Positions 61,306 to 64,000 of a stretch of 64,000 nucleotides of DNA are shown here, in pieces. The stretch is taken from the sequence record OR770614.1; one strand, 5' to 3'. Both the position numbers and the translations under genes were made by a program. The first letter of the stretch is position 1. Every line of letters starts with the position of its first letter. Under the pieces are notes generated by a model. That model ran no database searches. It was not told where the DNA came from and saw nothing but the letters and a program-made list of their open reading frames with translations.

Positions 61306-61707
61306 CTAATCTTCAGAATTGAGTGACACTTGAACATTTTCCATTTCTTCACGTTGTTCTTTAAGTCTATCAAGAACTTCTTTTTCTTCTTTATTTTGAG
61401 TTAATTCTGGTTCAATTAATAATTCTTTTTCTTTCATGTCTTCTAATATACTTAAACCTTTTTGAACCTCTGGCGATTCATTAGAAGGATTAAATCTATT
61501 ATGTTTATTATCATAATAATTTAATTTAACTAGATCTGAATTAGTTTCAATAACCACTTCAGCTTCTATGAATAAAATATCATTCGGATCAGTTACACGT
61601 TTTCTATATATTAAAGCTTTAGTATAAGAATCCTTTTTAAAACCATAATCTCTTAATAGCTGTTTAATATTTTCTTTATTACTATTTAATCTATATTCTG
61701 ATAACAT
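61306..61707 (-). CDS. Hypothetical protein
   Basis: 133 aa with SD GGAG. Confidence 0.6.
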   Translation of the reverse strand: MLSEYRLNSNKENIKQLLRDYGFKKDSYTKALIYRKRVTDPNDILFIEAEVVIETNSDLVKLNYYDNKHNRFNPSNESPEVQKGLSILEDMKEKELLIEPELTQNKEEKEVLDRLKEQREEMENVQVSLNSED

Positions 61708-61720
61708 TATAAATCACTCC

Positions 61721-61846
61721 TTAATTATTTTTACTAAATTCATGAACTTCATTAAGATGCTCATGATCTTGGTAGCTAAATTTAAACTCGTATAGTTTCT
61801 TTTCAAATCTTTTTCTAGTTAATAATTCGTATAATCTTTTTAACAT
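61721..61846 (-). CDS. Small 41-aa hypothetical protein (not in ORF track)
   Basis: MLKRLYELLTRKRFEKK...; SD AAGGAG upstream; fills the gap in the operon. Confidence 0.5.
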   Translation of the reverse strand: MLKRLYELLTRKRFEKKLYEFKFSYQDHEHLNEVHEFSKNN

Positions 61847-61869
61847 ATCTAATACATCTCCTTATTAAT

Positions 61870-62280
61870 TTAAAATGAAGCATCTATTACTAAATAAAAA
61901 TTATGCTTATTGCTTTCTAAATAGTATCTATTTTGAAATATTTCTAACATTAATTTGTAGTATTTTGTTAGATCATTATCAAAATTATCTTCTTTTAATT
62001 CTTTTTTCATTAATTCTTTTAAATTTGATTCTGAAATTACTTGAACATCATAACCTTCATCATCTTTAAAAATAGTTGAATTTTCACTTAAAACTTTAAA
62101 TAATTCATGTGGTTTATATAATTCTAATTCAAATAAGTGATTTTTCTTATTTATATATCTTTTATTTTTAATATACCAATCTAAATTTCTTTGATGACTT
62201 TTATTTATTCCATATATACTAAGTTCCATACCCATAAATAATACATCTCCTATATAATAAATACCCATAATATATTGCAT
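61870..62280 (-). CDS. Hypothetical protein
   Basis: 136-aa ORF; true start may be an internal Met. Confidence 0.5.
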   Translation of the reverse strand: MQYIMGIYYIGDVLFMGMELSIYGINKSHQRNLDWYIKNKRYINKKNHLFELELYKPHELFKVLSENSTIFKDDEGYDVQVISESNLKELMKKELKEDNFDNDLTKYYKLMLEIFQNRYYLESNKHNFYLVIDASF

Positions 62281-62294
62281 TAATATATTATGGG
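62264..62294 (-). terminator. Hairpin terminator candidate
   Basis: CCCATAATATATT/AATATATTATGGG stem. Confidence 0.6.
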
Positions 62295-62303
62295 CAAAAT
62301 AAT

Positions 62304-63089
62304 CTAAAATTCTGCTTTTTGATAAATATTTCCAAATTCATCTTTAACTATTTCATCATTACCTTCAATATCTTCAAAGATAAGATCTCTAGTCATAGTA
62401 AATAATTCTGGATATTCATCTTCAAGCTCATCTTCTTCAATGATATTCATTTCATTATCAGCAATTACTAGTTCATATTCATTTGGAGTATCACCTAATA
62501 CAAAGAATTGCAATGTGCCTTTATATACTTTTAAAATAGAAGCTAAGTCTTGATATTTAAGTTCATTGACCTCTTTTTGTAATTCCTCTCTTTTTTCAAT
62601 TTCTTTTTCATCTTCATCTATATCTTTATTTAGATTTTCTAAAGTTTGATCTAATTTATCTTTCAAATCTTCTTCATCTTCAGCAGTATCTTCTTCATTT
62701 TCTGTCATGCTGTTTAATATATCTTTATTAGACATATTATTAAGCTGACTAAGTACATTTTTAGCAAGCACTTTATAGTTATCTTCAGATTCATCATCTT
62801 CAGCCATTTTCTGAGCTTTCATAGTTAAGTCAATAATATCTTTTTTAACATTTTTCATTTGCATAATAGTGTCTTTAATTTCTTTTTCTACACTAATAAT
62901 ATTAGCTTCCATATTAGATACAAATGTATGTTTAGGATATTTCAGATTCTTAGTTAAATCTCTAATTCTTTCTTCTAATTGAATTTCTTTACGTTCCATT
63001 TTAGATTTAAAACCAACTAGCATTTTATATTCTTCCATCATATCATTAATTTGTGAAATTAAATCAATTCCGTTATTTTCATTAGACAT
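62304..63089 (-). CDS. Acidic coiled-coil hypothetical protein
   Basis: 261 aa with SD. Confidence 0.6.
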   Translation of the reverse strand: MSNENNGIDLISQINDMMEEYKMLVGFKSKMERKEIQLEERIRDLTKNLKYPKHTFVSNMEANIISVEKEIKDTIMQMKNVKKDIIDLTMKAQKMAEDDESEDNYKVLAKNVLSQLNNMSNKDILNSMTENEEDTAEDEEDLKDKLDQTLENLNKDIDEDEKEIEKREELQKEVNELKYQDLASILKVYKGTLQFFVLGDTPNEYELVIADNEMNIIEEDELEDEYPELFTMTRDLIFEDIEGNDEIVKDEFGNIYQKAEF

Positions 63090-63135
63090 TTAGTTAATCA
63101 CTTCTTTCATATATTATAAAAGTAAGTTAATTAAA

Positions 63136-63813
63136 TTACCTAAAGTTTTTATTTACTAAATAGTTTTTAATTTCTTTCTCATCTTTAATTTCAATAAATT
63201 TCTTACTGAAATTTAATATATTATAATCTTCTAATGTACCATCTTTATACTTCGAGAAATTTTCTAGTTTTATTTTATTCTTATTTTCTTCAAATTCTTC
63301 TATAATTTCTTCATTAATTACATAAAAATCAATATCATCATTTTCAATTTCTTTTAATACCGCTTCAAACATTTCACTAAAGAAAATCTGATCTTCTTCT
63401 TTATAATCATATTCAAATTTAGGATAATTTTCATATTTAAATAATTTCCGGTTATAAAATAAGTTTCTTACTTTTGTGAAATTTCCAACACTTTCAAATT
63501 TATTAAGAGTTGCAGCTGTAGGTGTAAGTTTAATATTAATTATAGCTTCATGATTAAGCTTCAACCGAATAGTCAATTCTATGTGTTTTATTCTATACAT
63601 AATGTTATTGTGATTAATTACAATGAAACTTCCAGTCATTCCTTGATGTCTCAATATATAGTCGTCTTTTGTATATTTTTCATGCTTCACTAAGTATAGA
63701 TTATCATCCACATAGTTAATAAATGAAAAAGATCTAATATATTTTTCTATACCATCTTTTGCTTCTATATATTTTCCATTATCTATATTTTTGTATAATT
63801 TAAAATCAATCAT
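63136..63813 (-). CDS. Hypothetical, paralog family B
   Basis: C-terminal FIEIKDEKEIKNYLVNKNFR; start taken at ATG 63813. Confidence 0.6.
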   Translation of the reverse strand: MIDFKLYKNIDNGKYIEAKDGIEKYIRSFSFINYVDDNLYLVKHEKYTKDDYILRHQGMTGSFIVINHNNIMYRIKHIELTIRLKLNHEAIINIKLTPTAATLNKFESVGNFTKVRNLFYNRKLFKYENYPKFEYDYKEEDQIFFSEMFEAVLKEIENDDIDFYVINEEIIEEFEENKNKIKLENFSKYKDGTLEDYNILNFSKKFIEIKDEKEIKNYLVNKNFR

Positions 63814-63814
63814 A

Positions 63815-64000
63815 TTATTCAAAACCTTTCTTGACTAAGTAATTTTTAATTTCCTTTTCATCCGTTACTTCTTTAAATAGTTCATCTATAATATTTAAAT
63901 TATAGATTTCTTTTATATCCTCTTTACTTATTTTGTAATCATGAATATTGTCTTCGTTATTTAATGAAAAGACATTAAATGCAGAACCATTTTTATTAAA
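63815..64000 (-). CDS. 3' end of a paralog family B gene (partial)
   Basis: Reads ...DELFKEVTDEKEIKNYLVKKGFE then TAA at 63815-63817. Confidence 0.65.
   Translation of the reverse strand, partial: FNKNGSAFNVFSLNNEDNIHDYKISKEDIKEIYNLNIIDELFKEVTDEKEIKNYLVKKGFE

Noticed and set aside
457-62069. Short opposite-strand or nested ORFs in the track (e.g. 457, 3101, 3397, 7444, 9236, 12178, 12889, 13456, 15330, 17392, 22235, 26725, 30288, 32583, 36870, 38886, 44085, 54907, 59320, 60460, 61875)
   Set aside because: Shadows of real genes (Ser/Leu/Phe-rich antisense composition or alternative frames), with no SD or motifs

Overview
Very AT-rich segment of a jumbo myophage genome related to the AR9/PBS1 and phiKZ groups. 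The two SH3b-tipped lysins and Firmicute Shine-Dalgarno sites suggest a Staphylococcus-like host (inference). It encodes subunits of two multisubunit RNA polymerases (beta plus beta'-C under late-type promoters, and a second beta'-C under an early-type promoter), the N-terminal half of a split family-B DNA polymerase, portal, baseplate, fibre/LamG/Ig-like virion proteins, amidase and CHAP lysins, an SbcC-like ATPase, an SF2 helicase, RNase H, dCMP deaminase, and two paralog families. The most striking layer is RNA-based. (1) Five related group I introns interrupt RNAP beta (two), beta' (one) and the DNA polymerase (two). Four are only 142-180 nt yet keep a complete catalytic core, and splicing restores conserved protein motifs. 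(2) A tRNA locus has one normal tRNA-Asn plus two tRNA-shaped RNAs whose anticodon arm is replaced, one by an ~21-bp rod and one by a 4-nt loop. (3) An ~510-nt hairpin array downstream of these has mutually complementary loops (kissing-loop, GOLLD/ROOL/pRNA-like candidate). (4) An ~650-nt long-range-paired RNA encloses a 47-codon ORF. All structures were read by eye; no folding or database searches were run.
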